Shown: positions 37,151-49,046 of the stretch, piece by piece
Layout: the number at the start of each line of letters is the position of its first letter
Position numbering within the stretch: the first letter of the stretch is position 1
NCBI GenBank assembly: GCA_004431415.1
Contig: QPMI01000185.1
Span: forward strand, 1 to 64,000
Direction of reading: 5' to 3'
From: Cyanophora paradoxa CCMP329
Lineage: Eukaryota > Plantae > Glaucophyta
DNA length: 64,000 bases
Program-made: the position numbers and the translations under genes
Notes under the pieces: model-generated
Seen by the model: only the letters and a program-made list of their open reading frames with translations
What the model was told of the DNA's origin: nothing
Databases searched by the model: none

Positions 37151-39613
37151 ATGCGCGGGGCGTCTAACTACACCTCGCTCAAGCTCTTCGCGGCGTCGGC
37201 GAACCGGCCGCTGGCAGAGAGCATCGCGCGGTGCGTACGTGCCAGCTCGAGCGGAGCTCGGCTTTCCTGACGCGCATGCGCAGCGTCCTCAATGTACCGA
37301 TCTCCGACATGCTCAGCGAGCATTTCTCGGACGGCGAAGTGCTCCTCTTTCTGCGCGCTCTTTTCGCGGACCCGCCGCGCGTCACCGTCACCCGCTCGCC
37401 GCGCGCCTGCAGATCCGGGTCCAGATCAAAGAGAATGTTCGAGGAGCCGACGTATTCGTAGTGCAAAGCATCGTACAGGGCGCGCGCCTCCGCCCTCCGG
37501 CCCGGCAGCGGTTCGATTGGAGCTGACCTTGGCCATGGCCGCAGGCGGAAACCCCTCGCCCAACGACAGCCTGATGGAGCTGCTCGTCATCCTCGATGCG
37601 ATGAAGCGCGCGAGCGTCGGGAGGCTCACGGCGGTGCTCGCCTACTACCCGTACGCGCGGCAGGATCGAAAGAACATGCCGCGGGTGAGTGCCGTGTGCA
37701 TGTGAGCGGAGCCCACTTTCAACGCTCACGGGCCGCCGGCAGGTGCCCATCTCGGCCAAGCTGGTGGCGGATCTCATCGAGAAGGCCGGGGCGGACCGCG
37801 TCGTCACCATGGATCTGCACGCGGGCCAGATCCAGGCGCGCGCGCCGGCTCCCGACCCTCCGCCACCCGCCGCCTGCCGCCTGCCTCCCCGACCGCTTAC
37901 TATCGATCGCAGGGCTTCTTTAGCATTCCGGTGGACAATCTTATGGCCCTGGACAGCTGCTGCGCGTTCGCCCGCGATGCCGGCTTCGAGGCCCGTCTCC
38001 AGTCTCTTCTCCTCTTTCCCTGTGCTCATCTCTGAGCGCAGAACCTGGTGGTGGTGTCGCCGGACGCTGGGGGCGTGGATCGCGCGAGGCGCGTGGCGCG
38101 GCGCCTCTCGCGGTCCCTCGCCATTATCGACAAGGTCGGAGCCGCGTTCTTCTTTCTCGGGGCTCTGTCCGGTCTTCTTTCTTAGGCGCGGCGCAGCGTC
38201 GGGACCCCGCGACGAACGCTCCTGCCATCATGCACATCGTTCGCCGGCCCCGCTCCGCTCCGCCGCGAGACCGGTGCGAGCGCGAGGCGCTCGGTCGCAG
38301 GTGGGAGACGTGCGGGGCAAGGACTGCCTGATCGTGGACGACATGATCGACACGGCGGGCACCCTCTGCCACTCCGCCACCGCCCTCCGCGTCCGTCCGC
38401 CTCACCCGAACCCGAGCGAGCGCCCGGCTGAACGGCGCCCTCAGGCGGCGGGGGCGCGCCGGGTGGTCGCCTTCGCGGTGCACGGCGTGCTGAGCGGGCC
38501 GGCTCTCAAGCGCCTCAACGAGGCCCCCATCGAGCAGGCCAGCCAGCGCGCCCGCCGCCTGACTTGGACAGGACGCTCGCTCAGACGCACCTGAACCTAA
38601 CTCGGATGGACGGCTCAGGTGGTGGTGACGGACACGATCGAGCTCCCGGAGGTTTCGCGCCGGGCCTGCCCCAAGGCCCGCCCTGCCCCCCCCCCCCCCC
38701 CCCGGGCTCCGCCCACCCCCCCTTTCCCTCCCCCCTCCCTTCCCCCCCGCCCCCCCCCCCCCCGCCCCCCCGCCGCCCCCCGGCCCCCGCCCCGCCCCGC
38801 CCCGCCCCGCCCCGGCCCACGCCCCGCCCGGGCCCGCCCCGCCCCGCCCAGCCCTGGCCCACGCCCGCCCGCCCCGCCCCGCCCCGACCCACGCCCCGCC
38901 CGGCCCCACGCCCCGCCCGCCCCGCCCCGTCCTGCCCCGCCCCCTCTTCGGCTGCGCTGCGCTCCTCCGCCTATCTGCCTACCTTCATTTGCTGAGCGCC
39001 GCCCCCCGGCCGCCTTCCCGCAGCTGGCGGTGACGCCGGTGGGGCGCCTCTTCGCGGAGGCAGTCCGGTGCGCCGAGCCCTAAGCCCAAGGCCGCGACCT
39101 CCTTCTTCTTTAGGCTTTAGAAGGAGGCTTTAAACCTGAGGCCGCGACCTCCCGAGGCCGAGCCTAAGGCCGCGACCTATTCTTCTTAAGCCGAAGCCGA
39201 AGGCTTAAAGCCTAAGGCTGCGACCTTCTCTAGGCCGTCAGCCTCTTTCTCCTCCTCTTCGTCTACTTAGGCCCAAGGCTCTCCTTCTACTTCTTTAGGC
39301 TTTAGTAGGAGGCCTGAGCCCAAGGCCGCGCCCTCCCGAGGCCCGAGGCCTAAGGCCGAGGCCCAAGGCCTTCTCTAGGCCGTTGACCCCCTCCTCCTCT
39401 TCTTCTTCTACTTAGCCAGGCGGGGGCGGGCAGGCGCATCCACCTCGAGGAGTCCGTCTCGGCCCTCTTCGACGACCCGGGGTACACCCCGCCCCGCCCG
39501 CATCTGATCTGATCTCATCTGACTTCGATTTGCGTAGCGCGGGCGGGCCGGAGGGGCCGGCGCCGGCGCCGGCGCCGCCCCGCAGCAGCGTCGACGCCGA
39601 CCACGTCGAGTAG
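37151..39613 (+). CDS. PRPS: Ribose-phosphate pyrophosphokinase (class I PRPP synthetase), ~13 introns
   Basis: Exons give [21 protein letters not shown]|[51 protein letters not shown]|[42 protein letters not shown]. Confidence 0.97.
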
Positions 39614-39763
39614 GGCCGGCGGGGCGCCCGGCCCCCGAGCCACTCGGAGCGCCCGGCTCCGGAGCCACTCGGAGCCGCCCTCGTCCCCGCCCGGCCCCCG
39701 AGCGACTCGCCCTTCGCTCCCCGCCGGCGCCCCGCGCCGTGTGCAGCATGCGCAGAAAGCTTA

Positions 39764-40182
39764 AGTAAACAACTTCGTTTTGTCATCGATTGCAAGTATT
39801 ATTACAGCGCTGCGCTACACTGGCTAGTAGGCAAACGTACGTACCTAAAAAACAACATGGGACAATAAACTGGGAAAGCGTGCCACGCACATATCTACAA
39901 AGCTAGCTAAGCTACGGCCTCTACCGCCTTCTTCTTGTACATCTAGAGGCGGGAGAACACGAGGACAGCGACGGCCATCAGTGCAGCAGGAAGTAAACAA
40001 CTTCGTTTCGTCATTTGCAAGTAAAAATACAGCGCTGCGCTACACTGGCTAGCTATAGTAGGCAAACGATATCTGCGGCTCCATAATAACAGCTAGGGAC
40101 AATAACCTATCGTACATATCTACAAAGCCGGCGCCTCTACTCTTATTAGAGGCGGGAGAACACGAGGACAGCGACGGCCATC
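39764..40182. repeat. Tandem duplication of the SABATH gene's last codons plus 3' UTR
   Basis: AGTAAACAACTTCGTTT...CAGCGCTGCGCTACACTGGCTAG at ~39764 and ~39992. TAGAGGCGGGAGAACACGAGGACAGCGACGGCCATC at ~39944 and ~40147. Confidence 0.85.
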
Positions 40183-41544
40183 TCGCCGAAGGGACCCGGG
40201 AGGCGGGCGACGGCGGCGCGCACGCGGCCGTAGAGGTCGTCCAGCAGCGCCTTCCGCTCGGCCGCGGGGCGGGCCTTCAGGGCGCCCTCCAGGAACGACT
40301 CAGATATGACCCGGAGGGCCCCGACGGCCGGCGCCGCATAGTGCGCCATGCTCGCCTCCTCGCCGGCCGCGGCGGCCGCCGCCGCCGCCTTGGGCCAGAC
40401 CTGGTCCGGCACGCGCCGCATGGAGAGGACGTCAAGGCGGAGGCCCGGAAACTCTCCCGCCGAGAACGGAGCCTCGAACTCCTCGCGGGAGCGGGTCCAC
40501 CAGGGCGGGCACATAGCCGCGTACTCCTCCGGGGCAAGCTTTCCCTCCTGCACCATCTCCTGCGCCGCCGCGTCCCAAAGGCCCTCCGCCGTCGCGCGCT
40601 GCGCCGAATAAATGTGAGGGGCGGCGCGGCGGGGGCGGGCGGGCGCGGGAAGAGGCGAAGCGCGCGCGGGCGCGCACCCAGTCCGGCGAGCCGTCGTTGG
40701 CGATGGAGATGACGACGAACTTGCCGCCGGGCGCCAGCTCCGTCGCCCGCTTCGCGAGGAAGAGCTTCCAGTCTTCGGCGGCGCGCGCGCTGTGTCCGAC
40801 CGACCGCGGCGCGTGAGGCGCGTCCGTCGGGGCGGGGCGGGGCGGGGCGGACCGGTACGCGGCGAGCTCGTCGGGGGTGAGGGCGGCCTGTGCGAGGCGG
40901 GAGGCCCCGCGGCCGGCGAGGGGCGGCGAGGAGAGCCAGTGGATGGAAGTCGCGCAGACGCCGAAGTTTACGGAGGCGGGCGCGGCGACGTCCTCGTAGA
41001 AGGAGCGGCCGACGCAGGAGAGGAAGACGCCCGGCATGCGCGCGTACGTCTGGGGGTCCTCCTCCATGACCGCCATCGCCGAGTTCCAGTCGTTCGTCGG
41101 CAGGTCCTCCATCACTGCGGGAAAGACTCCGTCGTCAGGCGCGCGGCCCGAAGCGGGCGCGAGGCGAGGCTGTAGCGAGAGCGCACCGACGTTGATCGGA
41201 TTGTTGTGCTTCTCGCGGAAAGTCTCCACGGCCGCGCGCATGAGGTGCACCGAGTTCTTGCCCTGCGCGCGCGTCAGCGGGAGCGCTGCGAAAGCGAGCC
41301 AGGGCGGAGGAGCACGCACTTGGGAGGCGCCGTAGTCGACGAAGGTGACGGGCCCGGCGGCGGGCACGGGGAGCAAGCCGACGACCTGCTTGATGATGGG
41401 GATGGAGGCGGCGACGTTCCCGCCCTGCGAGGTCGAGTGCTCGTTGTACGCGCCCTTCTGCATGCCCGCGATCGTCGCCTTGGCGGACTTGAGCGGCTCG
41501 CTGGCAACGGGGGCGGCATCCGAGACAATCGCCGGCGGGGCCAT
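40146..41544 (-). CDS. SABATH-family SAM-dependent carboxyl methyltransferase (Methyltransf_7)
   Basis: M..GAYNEHSTSQ, FVDYGASQ|GKNS, EDLPTNDWN, VGRSFYE, SIHWLS, DWKLFLAKRATELAPGG, PWWTRSREE. Confidence 0.93.
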
Positions 41545-41835
41545 TGCGTGAGACGAGGCGCTGCTTCTCGCTTAGCTAAGGATGGGATTCCGGTAAGGAG
41601 AGCGGGAGGAGCGTCGGGGCGTGCGGAGGCGCTTGCTGGAATGAGGGTCGGGGCTCGCGCCGGCGAGGTCTACCTCGCGGACCGGATGACAAGGGTCGAG
41701 GTGCATGACAGCCCGCCTCCACGATCCCGTGCATGACGGACGGGTTCGCGCGCACGAAGCCGGACGGCCGAAGGTTTGACAAGGGGGGGAAGAAACGAGG
41801 GGGGGTGGAAACAAGGTCAAGTCGTACCCCGGCCA

Positions 41836-44800
41836 ATGGCCGGCGCAGACGCCGGCACGAGCGCCGAGAGCGCTGGAGACGATGCGGCGATCGCACTACT
41901 CCGCGAGCTCCTCCCCGCGGGTCTTGCGGAGGCGGAGCTTCGCGGGTGCGCCCGGAGCTTGCGCAGGCGCCGGCGTGTCCTCTTAACGGGCGGCGCAGCC
42001 TTCTGAGAGCGCATGGGAGCGCGCAAGCGGCGGCAGACGCGTTCTTCTCGAGCTCGGCGCGTGCGTACCCGATCGGGCGCCCCGCACGCGCGCTCCGAGG
42101 CCTAGCGCCCGCCCACGCATGTATGCAGGTACGGCGGCGAACGCGTCTCCAACGCAGGCGCGCTCCGCGTCGTCCCCGGCGAGCAAGTCTCCCGCCAGCG
42201 CCGCCGCGGCCGCGCGGTCAAAGGGCAAGGCAGCGAAGAGCGCGGGCGCGCCCCAGCGCTCCATCGCGAGCTTCTTCGCGCCGCGCGCGGCGACGTCGGC
42301 TCAGTCGAAGGCGCCCGCTCCGGCGTCGTCGCAGGCGGCGCAGGCCGCGGCTGCGGCAGCAGCCGCGGCAGCAGCCAGCTCGAGCTCGCAGCCGCAGCAG
42401 ACGTCGACGGCGGGGCGAGCGGCCGGCGCGGCGGCGAGCCCCGTCATCGATCTCGAGTCGGACTCGGAGGAGGCGCCCGACGCGGCTCCCGCGCCCGCCG
42501 CCTCCGCGAGGGGGAAGCCAGGGGCGGCTGCGGCCGCGGCCGCCCCACCGCCGCATTCCAAGCCCGCGGGGGATCCCGAGCCGCCGCCCAGCAAGCGAGC
42601 ACGCGGAGAGGCGTCGGCGCCTGCGCCCGGCGGATCCGGGGCGCTGGCGCTGGTCGATCTGGAGGGCGGGGCCGGGGCGGCCGGCGCCTCGGGGGCCGAC
42701 GCGGGGCCGGAGGGGTACGAGCCGGCGCGGGACGCCGCGTGGCCGCCCGGGGCGCCGGTGCCCTACGCGCACGTGGCGCGCACCTTCGCCGCCGTCGAGG
42801 CGACCTCCTCCCGCAACCGCATCGCCGAGCTCCTCGCCGACAGTGCGCGTTTAAGCTAAGAGCTCAAAGCTAAGAGCTAAGAACTCTTAAGCTATGCTTT
42901 GGCTTTCACTTTGCATCTAACTCACTTAACTTAACTTAAGCTCACTAGCTTAACTTAAGCTCTCACAGTTTAGTTCAAGCTTCTTAAGAGCGAAGCTTAC
43001 ACTTTACATCTGAATCTCCGCCGCGCAGTGTTCCGGGCGGTGCTGGCGCGGACCCCGACGGACCTTCTCGCGGTCGTGTACCTCGCCGTGAACCGAATCG
43101 CGCCGGACTACGCCGGCGAGGCGGTGAGCACCACAGGCATCGGGGGCGGGACCCTCGCGGGGGCGCTGGCCGAGGCGACGGGGCGCACCCCGGCCGCCAT
43201 CAAGCAGAGCTTCGACGCTTTGGGGGACCTCGGTGCGAGCCGGGGCGGGCCGGGGCGGGCCGGACCCGCGGCTGTGCGGGGCGAACGTTCGCTTGGCGGT
43301 CTTGACTTCTCTCGGTCACCGACCCTTCCCCGGCCCTGCCCGGGCCGCAGGGGACGTGGCGCTCGCCTCGCGGGCCACGCAGCGGACCCTCTACCAGCCC
43401 CCGCCCCTCACCGGTCCGCCTTTCGCGTACCCCTCTCAAAGAGGATCACCTGAGCTAATTATAATCGAAGCGGCGGGGCTGCTGGGGGAGCTGCGGGCGC
43501 TGGCGGCGACGCGGGGCGCCGGCTCCGGGGCCGGCAAGCGCGCCCGCGTCAAGCGCCTCCTCGCCGCCTGCCGCGGCGTCGAGATCAAGCGCGCCCCTGT
43601 ACCCCCCCGCCTCCCGTTATACCCCCCTGATTTCCCCCCCCCCCCCCCCCAGGTACGTCACGCGGGCTCTGGCGGGGGCCCTCCGCATCGGAGCGACGAC
43701 AGCCTCCGCCGCGGCCGCCCTCGCCCGTGCCTTTGTGCTCGCCCGGCGCCCGCCGGCGCCGGCCCCGCCGGGGCCGCTCCCCTGCGCGTCTGTGCGGAGG
43801 AGGCAGCGGCGCGGGGCGGCCGCGGGGCGGGATCGGCGGGGGGCCTCCTTGAGGGGCGCCTGGAGGAGGGGGCGCGGGCCCTGCGGCGCGCCTACAACGA
43901 GCACCCCAACTGGGACGACATCGTCTCGGCCCTCCTCCTCGTGAGTCTAAGATTGTTCTTTGAGCCCGCTTAAGCTTAGGACTCAGGCTTGGGCGCAGGG
44001 CGCGGAGGAGCAGAGTGAGGAGGACTGGGGCTGGCGGGCGCTCTCGGGGCTGGCGGGGCGGGTGCGGCTCGGGCCGGGCGTCCCCGCGCGCTGCATGCTC
44101 GCGCGGCCCTCCCGCGGCCTCGAGGAGGTCCTCGAGCGCTTCCGGGGCGCCCCCTTCCTGGCCGAGTTCAAGGCGCGCGCGCGTACCCCTCCCCCGCGAA
44201 CCGTGACTCACGAACCGCCTCGAACTCGCAGTACGACGGGCAGCGGGCGCAGGTGCACCGGCTGCCCGACGGCTCCGTCCGCATCTTCTCCCGCCACCTC
44301 GTGCGCCGCGCCGCGCCCCGCCCCGAGGGCCGGGGATCTGAGCGGGAGGGAAAGGATAGCTATAGGCTGCAGCTGGTATCTTCTCCCGCCACCTCGTGCG
44401 TGGGCCGGGGATCTCAGAGCGTTCTAGATCTTAGCCATCTTCGAGTCGCCCAGCCTAGCGACATGCGCCCGGTGCACCTCGGCTCGGCTCGGCTAAGATC
44501 TAGGCCGGTGCACCTTCATCCCGCCAATCTTCATCACAACAGGGCTCATCAATCTTCACATCACAACCTGTGCTAGAATCTTTTCAATCTTAAGATCTAG
44601 AGCCCTGATCTTAAGATCTAGGCCGGTGCACCTAACAACATTCATCTTCTCCCGCCACCTCGTGCGCCAAGCCGCGCCCTAGGCCTGCAGCTGAACGTGG
44701 GCCGGGAATCTTAGAGCCTTCTTATAATTGTTTTCAGGCCTTCTCGATCGATCCTTGTAGTAGCAGAGCCTAACAACATCCTCGAGATCTCCGCCTCCTA

Positions 44801-47800
44801 GGCCTTGGGGTGCGCCGAGCCTCGCGGCGCCCCGAACGTGGGCCGGGGATCTGAGCGGGAGGGACAGGATAGGCTGCAGCTGGTATTCGAATCTGAGCCG
44901 TAGGGTCTAATTACAGCCGTAGGGTCCGCCTTAGGATCTTACAGCTGAACGTGGGCCGGGGATCTTAGGATCCTTGTAGTCGCCGAGCCTAACGACATCG
45001 TCAAAATCTCCGCCTCCTAGGCCTGCCACCTAGGCCTAGGCCTCCGTCACCTTGGGAGCGTGCGCTGACTTCCCCTTGCCGGTCCTTGGTCGCAGGAAGA
45101 GACGACGGGCCGCTTCCCCGAGGTGGCGGCGCTGTTCGCCGGGGACGACCCCCCCGCGCTCGCCCCGGGGCCCGGCGGCCGCCCTCCGGGGCCCCTCATC
45201 CTCGACGCCGAGGTGAGGAGGCGCGAGGAGAATCTTAAGCTTAAGCTCTAGGATCCTGGGGCCAGGCGGCGACGGCGGTGGCGATAGAACTTCGGTATTC
45301 GGATCTAAGGATGGGATAGATGGGATCCTCGACGCTGAAGCTTTAAGTGAGAAGCTTAAGACCGCGGAAAGATCTGGATTTGAGGATCCTGGGGCCAGGC
45401 CGCCGAGGCCTAGGGATAGGGATGGAGATAAAGGAGGGAAGGGATGGGAGGAGCTTCTAGCTCTTGCTCTTGAGCACAAGCCCGCCCCCCATCGTAAACT
45501 CTTCAAGCGCATTTCATTTCATCCCGATTCTCAGCTCCTTTGACTATTTGATGCCCTTAAGCTCAAGCTGCCGTAGTTGCTGCTTTAATTCAAGTTCTTC
45601 GGCTCAAATTAAATCAATTCCGACTCGACACCCCTCAGGCGGTGGCGTTCGACGCGGCGGCGGGGCGCCTCCTCCCCTTCCAGTCCCTCGCCGCCCGCCC
45701 CAAGAAGGCCGCCCCGGAGGAGCCCGGAGGGGGCGGAGGAGGGGAAGGAGGGGCAGGTCAGGCGCAGGTGCGCGACCCTGGCAGTTACGCTTCGCCCGGA
45801 TGTGGCGCGCGAGGTTTAGAGTCAGGTCTCTAGTCAGGCGCAGGTGCGCGCGCGGCCTGCAGCTGGCAGCTAGGCAGTTGGCTTCTTTCTTTTCAGCAGT
45901 TCGTAAGCGATCTAAGCTGCGCCAGGCAGTTGGCTTTAGCTTAGGCAGTTGGCTTTAGCTTAGAAGGAAGTTCTTTCTTTTCAGCAGTTCGTAAGTGAGC
46001 AGGTCGCCCTCTAAGTAAGATGCACACGGCCCCCGCTGGGGGCCCGGGTCCCTCCCTGAAAACTGTTAGCAGGCTTACGCTTAGGTCTTTCTTCAAGCAA
46101 GCTAGAGTAATTAAGCAGTTCGCCCTCTTAACTTCTCCCCCGCGCGCGTGCGCAGGTGTGCCTCTTCGCGTTCGACGTGCTGTACGCGGGGGAGGGCCCG
46201 GCGACGGGGCGGCCCCTGCGCGCCCGCCGCGAGGCCCTCCGCGGGATCCTCCGCGACATCCCCGTGCGCCCCTTCGCTTTAGAGAAGAAGGCCTCGAGAG
46301 CTCATATCGTATCTAAAGTCTAGGTCCTAGGGAAGCTTCTGTATCGTATCTAAAGTCTAGGTCCTAGGGAAGCTTCAGTCGTGCGCTTCAGTCGCTCAAT
46401 AGAGTCTAAACTCTACATTGTATCTAAATCCTGTATCCTGTGTCTAAACTCTAGGTCATCTAAATTCATTAATATTGCGCTTATATTATTATATACGACG
46501 TCCCCGTGTGCCCCCCCGGTCCCCGTCCGATGCGCTTGAAATCCAGATCTTACTGAGAGTTGAGATTGCGCCGAGTAATATATATAATCTCTAGATCGTA
46601 TAATATACGTATATATATTTCGTATTCTACGTCTCATTTAATCTCTAGATCTAGGGAATAGGGTCGGTCTAGAGCCGATAATCTATATTTAGGCCCTCCG
46701 CGACGTCCCCGTGCGTCCCTTCGCTTTAGAGAGGAATGCCTCTACTATACGACTAGTCGGCCAAATCACGATCTTGAATGCGCTTGAATTAGTCTTCTAC
46801 GTCTCATCTAAACACTAGAGGCCAAAATCTAACGGCCGCGGGCGCGCAGGGCCGGTGCGGGGTGGCGCGGGGCGTGGAGCTGGGCCCCGGGGCGGACCCC
46901 GCCGACCTCGCCGCCTTCCTCCACGAGGCCCTCCAGGCGTGCACGCTCGTAATTAATCAAGGTTTCTATGAAGGAATTATAATGAGAAATTTACAAACAA
47001 GCTTGTGGATATCTCCTAGAGCGCTGCGCCCTGCCTTGCCACAACTCGCCTCCGGCCCTCCTCCGATCCTCGAGCTCCCCCTCATCCGTCGCCGCAGTCG
47101 GCGTGCGAGGGCCTGATGTGCAAGGCGCTGGACGATGGGGCGGCCTACGGCCCCGCCGAGCGCTCCGACAGCTGGCTCAAGCTCAAGCGCGACTATATCG
47201 AGGGCGCGCTACCCCCCCGCCCCCTCCCCCACCCTCCCTCCCTCCCTCCCTCCCTGCCCCTCCTCTGAGGCTGGCGGGGCGCAGGGCTGGCGGACAGCTT
47301 CGACCTGGTGCCCATCGGCGCCTTCCACGGCACCGGCCGCCGCGCTGGCTGGTACTCCCCCGTGGTCCGCCCCCCCCCCCTCTTCCCCCCCCTCTCCCCC
47401 GCAAAGCCAACTGCTCTCGACATTTGCCTGCTCCAGCTGCTGGCGTGCTACGACCCGGAGTCTGAGAAGTTCCAGGCAATGTGCAAGTGCATGGCGCGCA
47501 TGCGCAGTCCCGCCCCGCCCCGCCCCGCCCCGCCCCGCGCTCCCTCTGATCATGAGACGCGTTGCACCACCGATCCGGTCCCGGCCGCGCAGACGGGCTT
47601 CACCGACGCCTTCTTCGAGCGGTGCGTTCTTCGAGCGGTGCGGGGCCTTAAGCTTAAGAGATTCAGAGATAGATAGATAGTCTTAGGTGCCACGGTGGCT
47701 TATAACACATTCTTCGAGCGTTCTTCGACAAGCGGTGCGGGGCCTTAGGAGATTTAGAGCGGTGGTCCTTCTTCGAGGACGGGCTTCGGTGCGAGGCCTC

Positions 47801-49046
47801 GCGCGCTATGACGTCGACCTAGACTGCGGCGAAAGCGCGCGAGGCCTCGCACCGCTAGACGGGCTTCACGGACGCATTCTTCGAGCGGTGCGGGGCCTTA
47901 AGCTTAAGAGATTCAGAGATAGATAGATAGTCTTAGGTGCCACGGTGGCTTATAACACATTCTTCGAGCGTTCTTCGACAAGCGGTGCGGGGCCTTAGGA
48001 GATTTAGAGCGGTGGCCCTTCTTCGAGGACGGGCTTCAGTGCGAGGCCTCGCGCGCTATGACGTCGACCTAGACTGAGGCGAAAGCGCGCGAGGCCTCGC
48101 ACCGCTAGACGGGCTTCACGGACGCATTCTTCGAGCGGTGCGGGGCCTTAAGAGATTTAAAGATAGATTGTCTTAGGTGGCTTAAGATACTATAAGATCG
48201 AGATCTGGAGATCTTAAGAGATAGTATAGAAGAGACGGTCTCAACTCTACTGCCGCGCCGCGTGCCGCAGTTATAATTAGCTTGCTGTGTCGGGCTCGCC
48301 GGCCCACAGGACGGAGTACTAATCTAAACTCTGCCATCGCTTCTGATTATTTAGGGGCGGGCAGGTGCAAGGCGTTCTACGCGAGTCGGACGCTGCCGGG
48401 GCCGCGCCCCTACTACGAGACCTCCCCGGACCTCGTGCCCGACGTCTGGTTCGACGCCTCCGAGGCGAGCGAGCGTCCCGCGCGATCGAGCCCTCCGATC
48501 CAGAGCGTTATTTTGAAGCTATATAATTAAGCTCCTTAAGCTTGTAGCTTATGTTTTATTCACTCAAACTTCTCGATCCGTCTAGATATTACATTAGAGC
48601 CCTACCTTCGAGCTCCTAGCCATGGGCCTCTTCAATATGATTTCCGTTGGTTCTGATCGCAGTCCCGTGTGCCTCCGGCGCCGGGCCGGGGACCGCAGGT
48701 GTGGGAAGTGCGGGGGGCGGACCTGACGGTCTCCCCCGTGCACGTGGCGGCGCGGGGCCTGGCCGAGCCCGGCCGGGGCCTCTCCCTCCGCTTCCCCCGC
48801 TTCCTCCGCCTCCGAGAGGACAGGGCCGTCGAGGAGGCCACCTCCGCCCGCCAGGCGCGCGCAGCCAGGCCTTCTAGATTCGAATTCGATCTAGATTCGA
48901 TCCGGGATTTGATCCGAGATTTGATCCGGGATTTGATCCGCGCGCAGGTTGCCGAGCTGTACAGGCGGCAGGGGGCGGTGGCCAACGAGGCGGCGCGGCG
49001 CCGGCGGCACCGCGAGGGCGGCGACGACGACGAGGAGGAGCTCTAG
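41836..49046 (+). CDS. ATP-dependent DNA ligase, LIG1 family, LIG6-type paralogue, >20 exons
   Basis: [19 protein letters not shown], motif I EFK|[84 protein letters not shown] box QRSIASFF at ~42254. Confidence 0.95.
47593..48160. repeat. Intronic ~250-bp tandem duplication containing copies of the preceding exon end
   Basis: GACGGGCTTCAC(C/G)GACGC(C/A)TTCTTCGAGCGGTGCG recurs at ~47593, ~47858 and ~48108. Confidence 0.85.

Noticed and set aside
42850-43010. TTAAG/CTAAG-rich tracts as telomeric repeats
   Set aside because: Irregular and intronic, with no fixed repeat unit.
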